Source: Solirubrobacterales bacterium (GTDB taxonomy: Bacteria; Actinomycetota; Thermoleophilia; Solirubrobacterales; Solirubrobacteraceae). From it: DNA of 64,000 nt. Numbering within the stretch: the stretch's first letter is position 1; each line of letters starts with the position of its first letter. Below the pieces are notes generated by a model, which worked only from the letters and a program-made list of their open reading frames with translations, was not told the origin of the DNA and did not search any database. The stretch lies in contig JBBSMC010000005.1 in assembly GCA_038233375.1 (NCBI GenBank), positions 2,296 through 66,295 of the forward strand, in the 5' to 3' direction. Below are positions 29,196 through 37,786 of this stretch, in pieces. Made by a program: the position numbers and the translations under genes.

Positions 29196-31271
29196 GTGCC
29201 CCCGATCGCGAAGGTCGAGCCGATCACGACGGCCCGTGCCCTGCGCGGGCCGTTCGACTACCTGCGCCCGGACGGCGTCGGCATCGGTTCCGTGCTCGTC
29301 GTGCCGTTCGGCCACCGCGACGTCGTCGGCGTCGTCGTCGGCGTCGCCGAGCGCTCGGAGCTGGCCGACGACCGCCTCTCCGAACCGCGCCGCGTACTCG
29401 ATCACGACCTGCCGCCCGAGCTCGTCGCGCTCGCGCTCTGGATCGCCGAGCAGTACTGCTCCACGCCCGCCCGCGCGCTCGCCCTCGTCTCGCCGCCCGC
29501 GGGCGCCAGGGCGAAGCTGACCTGGTGGGCGCAGGCCGCACCCGAGCCGCCCGCGCAGGATCGCTCCCTGACCGAACGCCAGCAGGCCCTCCTGGCACAG
29601 CTTCCGCGCGCCGCCGGCGGCGATCTGCCCGCGCTGCGGCGGCTGCAGGCGCGCGGCCTCGTCATGCTCACTCGCCGCCCGACCCGCCGCCGCGTGCACC
29701 ACGAGAGCGTCGGCGCCCGCCGCCCGCAGCCCGCGCTGACCGCCGACCAGACGATCGCGCTCGCGGAGATCGAGACCGCGATGGCGCGGCCCGCGCCGCA
29801 ACCGCTGCTGCTGCACGGCGTCACGGGCTCGGGCAAGACCGAGGTCTACCTGCGCGCGGCGGCGACCGCGCTCGAGCAGGGCCGCGGCGTGATCGTCCTC
29901 GTCCCGGAGATCGCGCTGACGCCGCAGATCGTCAGCCGCTTCGTCGACCGCTTCGGCGACACAGTCGCGGTCCTGCACTCCAAGCTCGCCGCCGGCGAGC
30001 GCCACGACGAGTGGAGCCGCCTGCGCGCCGGCACCGCGCGCGTCTGCATCGGCCCGCGCTCGGCCGTGTTCGCACCGATCGAGCGCGTCGGGCTGATCGT
30101 GGTCGACGAGGAACACGACTCGTCCTACAAGCACGAGGGCGACCCTCGCTACGACGCGCGCCACGTCGCCCACCGCCGCGCCGAGCAGGCCGGCGCCTTG
30201 CTCGTCGCCGGCAGCGCCACACCACGGCCCGAGAGCGTCCACGCGCTGCGCCGCGTGCGCCTGCCCGCGCGCGTCGACTCACGGCCGCTGCCGCCGGTGC
30301 AGATCGTCGACATGCGCGAGACGCGCGGCGCCCTGCATCCCGACACGAGCCACGCGCTCGTCGACGCGTCGAAGGCGATCGTCCTGCTCAACCGCCGCGG
30401 CTGGTCGAACTTCGTCGACTGCCGCTCCTGCGGGCACGCCTGGACCTGCCCGCAGTGCGACGTGTCGCTCGTCCTGCATCGCTCCCGCAACGTCCTCGCC
30501 TGCCATCACTGCGGCCACCGCCAGCGCGTGCCGGAGCGCTGCACGGCGTGCGGCTCGGTGTCGATCGGGCGTCACGGCGCGGGCACGGAGCGCCTCGAGC
30601 ACGACCTCGCCCAGGTCGGTCACGAGGTCTTTCGCCTCGACGCCGACGTGCGCGACGCCGGCGCGCTGCTGCGCCGCTTCGAGCAGGCGCCGCGCGGGAT
30701 CCTGCTCGGCACGCAGATGGTCGCCAAGGGCCATGACTTCCCCGACGTCACGCTCGGCGTCGTGGTCGACGCCGACGGCACGCTGCGCTTCCCCGACTTC
30801 CGCGCGGAGGAGCGGACGTTCGCGCTGGTCGCCCAGCTCGCCGGCCGCGCCGGCCGCGGCCCCGGCGGCGGCCGTGTCATCGTCCAGACGATGGCCCCCG
30901 AGGCCGCGTCGATCGCCGCCGCCGCGAGCCACGACGCCGACGGCTTCCTCGACGGCGAACTCGCACGCCGCGAGGTCCTGCGCTATCCGCCGTTCTCCCA
31001 CCTCATCCGGATCGTCTGCTCGGCGGAGGATCCGCACGCGGTCCTCGACGCCGCCGGCGCGGTCCGCGCGGCCCTCGGCGACATCCCCGGCGCGACGATC
31101 CTGGGACCGGCGCCGCTCTTTCGGCTGCGCGGGCGCGAGCGCGCCCAGCTCGTCGTCAAGGGCACGCAGCGGGCGGCGGCGGTGCGTGCGGCGGGCGCCG
31201 CGGTCGACGCGGTCGCGGGCGAGCGCGCCCGGCGCGGGGTGGCCTTCTCCGTCGACGTCGATCCGCAATAG
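29196..31271 (+). CDS. priA: Primosomal protein N' (replication restart helicase PriA)
   Basis: Walker A GVTGSGKT, DEEH box (VVDEEHDSSYK) and a Cys-rich zinc-binding insert (CRSCGHAWTCPQCD...CHHCG...CTACG). The GTG start at 29196 is inferred. Confidence 0.85.
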   Translation: MPPIAKVEPITTARALRGPFDYLRPDGVGIGSVLVVPFGHRDVVGVVVGVAERSELADDRLSEPRRVLDHDLPPELVALALWIAEQYCSTPARALALVSPPAGARAKLTWWAQAAPEPPAQDRSLTERQQALLAQLPRAAGGDLPALRRLQARGLVMLTRRPTRRRVHHESVGARRPQPALTADQTIALAEIETAMARPAPQPLLLHGVTGSGKTEVYLRAAATALEQGRGVIVLVPEIALTPQIVSRFVDRFGDTVAVLHSKLAAGERHDEWSRLRAGTARVCIGPRSAVFAPIERVGLIVVDEEHDSSYKHEGDPRYDARHVAHRRAEQAGALLVAGSATPRPESVHALRRVRLPARVDSRPLPPVQIVDMRETRGALHPDTSHALVDASKAIVLLNRRGWSNFVDCRSCGHAWTCPQCDVSLVLHRSRNVLACHHCGHRQRVPERCTACGSVSIGRHGAGTERLEHDLAQVGHEVFRLDADVRDAGALLRRFEQAPRGILLGTQMVAKGHDFPDVTLGVVVDADGTLRFPDFRAEERTFALVAQLAGRAGRGPGGGRVIVQTMAPEAASIAAAASHDADGFLDGELARREVLRYPPFSHLIRIVCSAEDPHAVLDAAGAVRAALGDIPGATILGPAPLFRLRGRERAQLVVKGTQRAAAVRAAGAAVDAVAGERARRGVAFSVDVDPQ

Positions 31272-31300
31272 GGCGATCCAGAGACTCCTAGACTGGGGTC

Positions 31301-31912
31301 ATGGCGGACGACGTCGAACAGATCGAGCCGACGGCCGGAGAGGCCGAGCGCGAGGCGCCGCCGGCGCTCGATCCCGAGGTCCTCGCGCGTCGCGACGAGG
31401 CCCTGCGCCACGTGCGCAAGCTCGGCGATCCGATCCTCAAGACGAAGGCGCGGGCGGTCGAGCGCTTCGACGACGAGCTGCGCGACGAGTTCGCGCGCAT
31501 GGGCGCGCTCATGCACGACGCGCTCGGCATCGGGCTCGCCGCGCCGCAGGTCGGCATCGCCCATCGGGTGCTCGTCTACCGCGTCGAGCCCGACAGCCCG
31601 ATCGTCGCGCTCGTCAACCCGGAGATCGAGTGGTCCAGCCGCGACGAGGAGATCTCCGAGGAGGGCTGCCTGAGCCTGCCGATGATCCACGTCGACGTCG
31701 AGCGCCCGGTCGCGATCCTCGTCAACGCGCGCAACGAGCACGGCGAGGAGATACTGATCGAGGCGACGGGGCTCGAGGCACGCGTCATCCAACACGAGAT
31801 CGACCACCTCGACGGCATCCTGATTCTTGACCGCACGAGCCGCGAGCAGCGCAAGCTGGCGATGCGCGCGCTGCGCGAGGCCGAGCAGGCGCGCGCCGCG
31901 AGCCTCGCGTGA
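31301..31912 (+). CDS. def: Peptide deformylase
   Basis: GIGLAAPQ, EGCLS and HEIDHL motifs. Confidence 0.95.
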   Translation: MADDVEQIEPTAGEAEREAPPALDPEVLARRDEALRHVRKLGDPILKTKARAVERFDDELRDEFARMGALMHDALGIGLAAPQVGIAHRVLVYRVEPDSPIVALVNPEIEWSSRDEEISEEGCLSLPMIHVDVERPVAILVNARNEHGEEILIEATGLEARVIQHEIDHLDGILILDRTSREQRKLAMRALREAEQARAASLA

Positions 31913-32781
31913 CACGGACCGTCTTTCTCGGCACTTCGGACTTCGCCGCGGCCGTCCTCACCCGCCTCGCCGACAGCCCGCACCGGCCACAGCTCGTCGT
32001 CACGCGCCCGGATCGCCCGGCGGGCCGCGGGCGCAGGCTCTCGGCACCGCCGGTCGCGCAGGCGGCCCGCGCGCTGGAATTCCCGCTCCTGCAGCCCGAG
32101 AAGGTCAACGACGAGGACGCCCGCGCGCAGATCGCCGCCGCGGCGCCCGACGCCGTCATCGTCTGCGCGTTCGGCGCGCTCATCCGCGAGCCGCTGCTGT
32201 CGGACTTCGAGATGCTCAACGTCCATCCGTCGCTGCTGCCGCGCTGGCGCGGCGCGGCGCCGGCAGAGCGGGCGATCATGGCCGGCGACGAGGAGACCGG
32301 GGTCTGCATCATGCGGTTGACCGCCGGCCTGGACAGCGGGCCCGTCTGCCTGATGGGCCGCGAGCCGATTGCCCCTGACGACACGTACGGCACGCTGACG
32401 CCGCGCCTGCAGCAGGTCGGCGCCGACCTGCTGCTGCGTGTGCTCGACGAGCGGCCCGCCTGCGCCGAGCAGACCGAGGAGGGCGTCACGTACGCCGACA
32501 AGATCTGCCCCGCCGACCGCACGCTCGACCCGGCCGCAACCGCGGCGGTCAACGACCGCGTCCTGCGCGCGCTGACGCCGCACATCGGCGCCCGCGTGAC
32601 GCTCGCCGACGGCTCGTTCCTCGGCGTCCTGCGCGCAGCCGTGCGCGACCCGGACGCGGCGGGCCGGCTGCGCGCCGACGGCGACCGGCTGCTGCTCGGC
32701 GGCCTGGAGCTGCTCGCTGTCCAGCCCGCCGGCGGCCGGCCGATGGACGTGGCGTCGTACCTGCGCGGCCGCAGCGTGTGA
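31909..32781 (+). CDS. fmt: Methionyl-tRNA formyltransferase
   Basis: Its GTG overlaps the def stop. Contains NVHPSLLPRWRGAAP. Confidence 0.9.
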   Translation: MTRTVFLGTSDFAAAVLTRLADSPHRPQLVVTRPDRPAGRGRRLSAPPVAQAARALEFPLLQPEKVNDEDARAQIAAAAPDAVIVCAFGALIREPLLSDFEMLNVHPSLLPRWRGAAPAERAIMAGDEETGVCIMRLTAGLDSGPVCLMGREPIAPDDTYGTLTPRLQQVGADLLLRVLDERPACAEQTEEGVTYADKICPADRTLDPAATAAVNDRVLRALTPHIGARVTLADGSFLGVLRAAVRDPDAAGRLRADGDRLLLGGLELLAVQPAGGRPMDVASYLRGRSV

Positions 32782-32877
32782 CAGTCCCCGCGCTGTCTGC
32801 GCACGATCTGTGGCGCCGCCGTGCCGTTCCGGCGAGGGGCAGCGCTGGCCATGGGTCTGTGCGGCAGTGTCCAGCAC

Positions 32878-33247
32878 GGCATCAGCCAGCTGCACCAGGC
32901 TGCGCAGGCGGGTCGGGGGGCGAGCACGCGGCGACCTGTCTGCTGTTCGGGCCCAAGCACGCCGCGCGGCTGCGCGCGCTGGAGCGCGACACAGACGGCT
33001 TCGAGCTCGCCCAACTCGACCTCGAGCTGCGCGGCGAGGGCGAGATCGCCGGGACGCGCCAGTCGGGCCTCGCGCAGTTGCGGTTCGCGCAGCTGCCCGC
33101 GGACGAGCCTCTGGCGGAGGCGGCGAAGGTCTACGCCGAGTCGCTGCTGGGGACCGACCCGGAGTTGGTCGGGCCTGAGCATGCCTTGCTGGGGGATGCG
33201 CTGGCGCAGGCGTACGGGGCGGGCGAGCTGGCGCGCTGCCGGTGTGA
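32878..33247 (+). pseudogene. Displaced copy of the 3' end of recG (last ~120 codons), frame-disrupted
   Basis: Aligns by eye with 55529..55900 at roughly 90% identity (LLFGPKHAARLRALER...GEGEIAGTRQSG...AEAAKVYAESLL). There is no helicase core upstream. A 1-nt deletion near the end removes the stop codon from frame. Confidence 0.75.
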
Positions 33248-33428
33248 GCGTGAGCGTGATGTGCGCTTCGCGTCACCGCGCGAGGCGATCGCGTCGTCGA
33301 AAGGCATCTCTGAGGGTGTGAGCTCGTGTGGGTGCCGGCCGTTGTGCCGGGGCCGGCGTTCGGATGGGGAGCGTGGCGCGTTGATGTTCACAGCGAACAG
33401 AAACCCGCCGCGCTCCTGGTGGAGGGGC
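33248..33428 (+). repeat. Partial copy (5' half) of the structured element that follows the genuine recG
   Basis: Continues the duplication and aligns with 55901..56081. The 3' arm of the inverted repeat is absent here. Confidence 0.7.
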
Positions 33429-33670
33429 GTGCGGACGGGCGCGATGGCACGAAATGAGGCGGAAAGGGAGATGGGGAGGGTGCATCGGTACCCGCGCGAC
33501 GACGACTACGACGGCTACGAGATGGATCGTCGATGACGGTTCCGACGATCGCGCGTAGATTGGAGGAGGGCGCGACGCGGGCGCGGGCCATCTCAGCCTC
33601 GCCGGCACGACTGCCGAGCGCAAGCCCGCCACCGATCGGAGATCCGCCCCCGGGCGCGCCGCGGCGCCAG

Positions 33671-33811
33671 ATGAGCTTTCGGCTCGGCGAGCACGAGCGA
33701 CTGCTCGAGGCCGCCCGGCTGTTCGGCATGCGGCTGGCCGTGCTGGCGCGCGTCCTGACGGTCCGCGGGGTCGACTGCGCGCTGCGCGACGCACGGCGTG
33801 GGGAAGGATGA
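33671..33811 (+). CDS. Possible small ribbon-helix-helix-like protein (46 aa; the ORF could begin at 33533)
   Basis: MSFRLGEHERLLEAARLFGMRLAVLARVLTVRGV has a beta-strand plus two-helix pattern. Its stop overlaps the rsmB ATG (ATGA). Support is weak. Confidence 0.3.
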   Translation: MSFRLGEHERLLEAARLFGMRLAVLARVLTVRGVDCALRDARRGEG

Positions 33812-35076
33812 GCGAGGTCACACCCGCCCGGCGGGTCGCGTTCTCCGTCGTCCGGCGCGTCTTCGAGCAGGGCGCCTACGCCGACCGCGCGCTGCACGGG
33901 GAGGCGAAGGGCCTGGATCCGCGCGAGCGTTCGCTGGCGATGGCGCTCGCGTACGGAACCGTCCAGCGCAAGCTCACGCTGGACCACTTCATCGAGCAGC
34001 TGGCGCGGCCGGCGAACGAGCTCGACCCGCCGACGCTCGCGGCCCTGCGGCTCGGGCTCTACCAGCTCGTCTTCCTCGACGGGGTCGCGGCGCACGCCGC
34101 GGTCGGCGAGAGCGTCGAGCTGGCCAAGGGCGGGCGCGGCGGCGGGCACAAGCTCGTCAACGCGGTGCTGCGGCGGGCCGCCCGCGGCGAGCTGCCGCCA
34201 TTGCCGGCGGACGACACGCCCGCCGGTGCGGCGATCGCCCACTCCCATCCACGGTGGCTCGTCGAGCAGTGGTGGGAGCAGTTCGGGCCGGGCGAGACGC
34301 GGGCGCTGCTGCGCGCCGGCAACGCGCGCGGCGAGCTGGCGCTGCGCGTGAACACGCTGCGCGCCACGCCCGCCGAGGTCAGCGACGCGCTGAGAGAGCT
34401 GGCACCTGCCGTCGAGGCACGCCCGGCAGGCGACGAGCTGCCCGAGGGGCTCGTCGTCGGGGGCGCGTTCGACGCCCACGGCCACCCGCTCTACGCCGAG
34501 GGCGCCTACACCGCGCAGTCGCGCGGCGCCATGCTCGTCGGGCGCGCGGTCGATCCGCAACCCGGCGAGCGCGTGCTCGACCTGTGCGCCGCGCCCGGCG
34601 GCAAGACGACCCACCTCGCCGCGCTGATGGGCGACAGCGGCGAGATCGTCGCGGTCGAGCGCCACGCCGGCCGCGCCCGCGCCCTGCAGCGCACGTGCGA
34701 GCGGATGGGCGCCACGTCGGTGCGCGTCGAACACGCCGACGCCGCCCGCTTCACCACCGAGACGGCATTCGACAAGGCGCTCGTCGACCCACCCTGCAGC
34801 GGTCTCGGCACGCTGCAGGGCCATCCCGACCTGCGCTGGCGCATGGACCCCGAATCGATCGAGCGCCTCGCCCGCGGGCAGGCGAAGATCCTCGAGGCGG
34901 CGCGCGCGGCGGTCCGGCCCGGCGGCACGATCGTCTACGCGACGTGCACGCTCTCGCGGGCGGAGAACGAGGCGGTCGTGGCCGCGTCCGGGCTGTCACT
35001 AGACTCCGAACGCCTCGTGCTGCCCCACCGCGATCGCACCGACGGCTTCTACATCGCCCGCCTGAGCTGCCCATGA
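33808..35076 (+). CDS. rsmB: 16S rRNA (cytosine967-C5)-methyltransferase
   Basis: NusB-like N-terminal domain. SAM site DLCAAPGGKT and the catalytic DPPCSG and TCT/S region. Confidence 0.9.
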   Translation: MSEVTPARRVAFSVVRRVFEQGAYADRALHGEAKGLDPRERSLAMALAYGTVQRKLTLDHFIEQLARPANELDPPTLAALRLGLYQLVFLDGVAAHAAVGESVELAKGGRGGGHKLVNAVLRRAARGELPPLPADDTPAGAAIAHSHPRWLVEQWWEQFGPGETRALLRAGNARGELALRVNTLRATPAEVSDALRELAPAVEARPAGDELPEGLVVGGAFDAHGHPLYAEGAYTAQSRGAMLVGRAVDPQPGERVLDLCAAPGGKTTHLAALMGDSGEIVAVERHAGRARALQRTCERMGATSVRVEHADAARFTTETAFDKALVDPPCSGLGTLQGHPDLRWRMDPESIERLARGQAKILEAARAAVRPGGTIVYATCTLSRAENEAVVAASGLSLDSERLVLPHRDRTDGFYIARLSCP

Positions 35077-35291
35077 CCGACGAGATCGGCATGGCCTGCC
35101 CGAACTGCCGCGAGCCCTGGCTGCGGCCCGCCAACCTGCCCGGCCGCTACCGCTGCGTGTACTGCCTGCATCGCTTCGAGCTGTGCTCGCTGTGCCCCGA
35201 CTGCGGCGAGCATTCTACGATCGTGCGCATGTCCAAGACCGCGATCCTGTCCTGCAACGCCTGCTCAGCCTCGATGCTGCGCGAGATCTAG
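35073..35291 (+). CDS. Small zinc-ribbon protein (72 aa, four CxxC pairs)
   Basis: Its ATG overlaps the rsmB stop. Contains CPNC...CVYC...CPDC...CNAC. Confidence 0.5.
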   Translation: MTDEIGMACPNCREPWLRPANLPGRYRCVYCLHRFELCSLCPDCGEHSTIVRMSKTAILSCNACSASMLREI

Positions 35292-35298
35292 AGGCCCC

Positions 35299-35961
35299 GT
35301 GTCCGTACTCAACGAACGTCACGTCACCCCGTCGATCCTCTCCGCCGACTTCGCCGACCTGTCCACGCAGGTGCGCGAGATCATGGACGCGGGCTGCCGC
35401 GTCATCCACTGCGACGTCATGGACGGCCACTTCGTCCCGCCGATCACCTTCGGCCCGATGGTCGTCGCCGCGTTGCGCGAGTCGCTGCCCGACGAGGCCT
35501 ACCTCGACGTGCACCTCATGATCGAGCGCCCGGAGCGCCAGGTCGCGGAGTTCGCCAAGGCCGGCGCCGACGGGATCACGATCCACGCCGAGTCGACGCC
35601 GAACATCGCATTCACCCTGTCGGCGATCCGCGACCTCGGAGCCAACGCCGGGCTCGTCGTCTCGCCCGGCACTCCGGCCGACCACTTCGGTGAGAACGAG
35701 CTCGACCTCGCGCTGATCATGACCGTCAACCCCGGCTGGGGCGGCCAGCCTTTCCTGGCCAACCAGCTCGACAAGGTCAAGCGTGTGCGCGCCATGCTCG
35801 GCGACGGCGTGCCGATCGAGGTCGACGGCGGCGTGAACCCGCAGACGGCGGCCCAGTGCGCCGAGGCGGGCGCGAGCTGGTTCGTCGCGGGGTCGGCGAT
35901 CTTCGGCGCCGACGACCCGGCGGCCGCCTACCGCGAGATCGCGGCCGCGGCCGGCTGCTGA
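35299..35961 (+). CDS. rpe: Ribulose-phosphate 3-epimerase
   Basis: PSILSADF, HCDVMDGHFVP and MTVNPGWGGQ. Confidence 0.95.
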   Translation: MSVLNERHVTPSILSADFADLSTQVREIMDAGCRVIHCDVMDGHFVPPITFGPMVVAALRESLPDEAYLDVHLMIERPERQVAEFAKAGADGITIHAESTPNIAFTLSAIRDLGANAGLVVSPGTPADHFGENELDLALIMTVNPGWGGQPFLANQLDKVKRVRAMLGDGVPIEVDGGVNPQTAAQCAEAGASWFVAGSAIFGADDPAAAYREIAAAAGC

Positions 35962-35996
35962 CGAACCGAACGTCGCGTTCCGCTACTTTCGGGACC

Positions 35997-37139
35997 GTGC
36001 GGGCGATTCGCAGAGCGCTGCTCCCGGCCCTGGCGGTGCTGCTCGCGGCGGCACCGGCCGCGACGGCCGGGCCGGGCATCACCTTCTACCCGAAGACCGG
36101 TCCGGTCCTCACGCTGACGGGCGGGCAGGTCGCCTCGCTCGCCAACACGGCGGCCAGGACGTACACCCTGCCGCCCGACGCCGAGCAGGCGGGCAGGAAG
36201 GTGACCCTGCGGGGGGTCTCGATCGGGGCTCTGGTCGCTCGCTCCGGGCAGGGCGCCCAGCGCGTCCAGGTCGTCAAGCGCAACGGCGGCTCCGTCGGCG
36301 TCTCACCGGCGAGCTTCTCGACCGCGATCATCTCCGACGACGGCGTCACGACGCGCTACATCCGCTCCTCGGGCGGCGTGGTGGTCGACTACATCGAGAC
36401 CAGCGACATTCCCCTGGAGGTGTCCGTCGACGGCGGCGACCTCGTGGTTCGGGCGAAGGCGAACCGCAAGAAGGTGAAGGTCGGGGAATCGGTCACGTTC
36501 GAGGCCACCGTGTCGGGCGGAAAGCCGGGCGTCGCCTACAGCTTCGAGTGGGACTTCGGCGAGGGCCCGGTGAACGGCAAGCGGGTCAGCTACAGCCCCG
36601 AGCTGGCGGGCGTGCTGTTCGCCCAGGTCGAGGTCCGCGACCCTGATCCGGGCTGCACGCTGCGCTGCGGCGGCACCGAGCAGGTGCAGGTCGACGTCGG
36701 CGACGCGCCCGAGCAGCCGGACGACCCGGCTGCGGGCGGCGCGAACGGCGCCCCCGGCGGCGCGGGCTCCGCCGGCGGGACCGGCGGCGGCGGCCAGGGC
36801 GGTACCGGTACCGGGAGCGGATCGGGGACGGGCTTCAGCAGCGATGCCGAGGGCCTCGCCGCCGCCGAGCGCGTCGCCGGCATCAAGCCGAGCACGCCGC
36901 CCGAGCCGAATAGGGGGTTCGGCACGACGATCTCCGGCGTGCTCATCAACGACACCGGCTCGACCGCTCGCAAGCTGCCCGGCGGCAAGCCCGCTGGCGC
37001 GGAGGAGGGCGTCCGCGCGGTGCGCGGCGGCGACACTCCCGGCGGCTTCCCGCTGGGCCTCGGCGGGCTCCTCGCGCTGGGCTTCATGTGGGTCGGGGCG
37101 CTTCGCGAGCGCCGAGGCGTCAGACTGCCCGTCGCATGA
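35997..37139 (+). CDS. Secreted, membrane-anchored protein with a PKD-like domain, a Gly-rich linker and a C-terminal TM helix
   Basis: GTG start followed by signal peptide RALLPALAVLLAAAPAATA. PKD-type segment VGESVTFEATVSGG...YSFEWDFGEG. C-terminus reads PGGFPLGLGGLLALGFMWVGALRERRG. Confidence 0.6.
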   Translation: MRAIRRALLPALAVLLAAAPAATAGPGITFYPKTGPVLTLTGGQVASLANTAARTYTLPPDAEQAGRKVTLRGVSIGALVARSGQGAQRVQVVKRNGGSVGVSPASFSTAIISDDGVTTRYIRSSGGVVVDYIETSDIPLEVSVDGGDLVVRAKANRKKVKVGESVTFEATVSGGKPGVAYSFEWDFGEGPVNGKRVSYSPELAGVLFAQVEVRDPDPGCTLRCGGTEQVQVDVGDAPEQPDDPAAGGANGAPGGAGSAGGTGGGGQGGTGTGSGSGTGFSSDAEGLAAAERVAGIKPSTPPEPNRGFGTTISGVLINDTGSTARKLPGGKPAGAEEGVRAVRGGDTPGGFPLGLGGLLALGFMWVGALRERRGVRLPVA

Positions 37140-37786
37140 GCGCCGTCATCGCCGTCTCCGGCATCGAAGAGGTCCTGTTCGAGCTTGCCAACGCGATGCG
37201 CGTCCCGGTCTTCGTGGCCGCGATCGCTGCGCTGGCGTTCGTGCTGTTCGACCTCGGCGCGTTCTTCGTGGAGCTCAACCGCCGCCGCCGCCAGGGCCGT
37301 CGCGAGCAGGTGCAGGAGGCGACGGCGAGCGCGCGCCATGCGCTCGCGGTCAATGACACGGGCGCCGCCCAGCACGCACTCATGCCGCTGGCCTCCAGCG
37401 CGCAGATGGCCGACACGCTCGCGACCCTCGTTAACGGCCACGACCAGCCGGGCATCCACGACCGCCGCGCGAAGGCGCTGGCGGACTTCGACCTCACCTC
37501 CCTGCGCAAGCTCGAGCGCAGCCGCCTGCTCGTGCGCTTCGGCCCCGCGCTGGGCCTGATGGGCACGCTGATCCCGCTCTCGCCGGCGCTCGAGGGCCTC
37601 GCCGAGGGTAACGTCGCCCAGCTCTCTGAGAACCTGCGCGCGGCGTTCAGCGTGACCGTGATCGGCCTGCTCATCGGCGCGGTCGCGTTCTCGATCTCGC
37701 TCGTGCGCGACCGCATGTACGCCCAGGACCTCTCCGACCTGGAGTACGTCGTCACGGCGCTCGATCCGTCCGAACCGGGTCGATGA
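37136..37786 (+). CDS. MotA/TolQ/ExbB-family proton channel protein
   Basis: Its ATG overlaps the upstream stop. One N-terminal TM helix plus a C-terminal TM pair, with GPALGLMGTLIPL, typical of ExbB/TolQ. Confidence 0.7.
   Translation: MSAVIAVSGIEEVLFELANAMRVPVFVAAIAALAFVLFDLGAFFVELNRRRRQGRREQVQEATASARHALAVNDTGAAQHALMPLASSAQMADTLATLVNGHDQPGIHDRRAKALADFDLTSLRKLERSRLLVRFGPALGLMGTLIPLSPALEGLAEGNVAQLSENLRAAFSVTVIGLLIGAVAFSISLVRDRMYAQDLSDLEYVVTALDPSEPGR

Noticed and set aside
33400-33536. A short purine-rich ORF (MARNEAEREMGRVHRYPRDDDYDGYEMDRR) in the fmt-rsmB scar, with a nearby 8-bp hairpin at 33525-33550.
   Set aside because: It has no motif and no ribosome-binding site that I can see, and it lies in sequence of apparently recent, scrambled origin. 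It is treated as non-coding.
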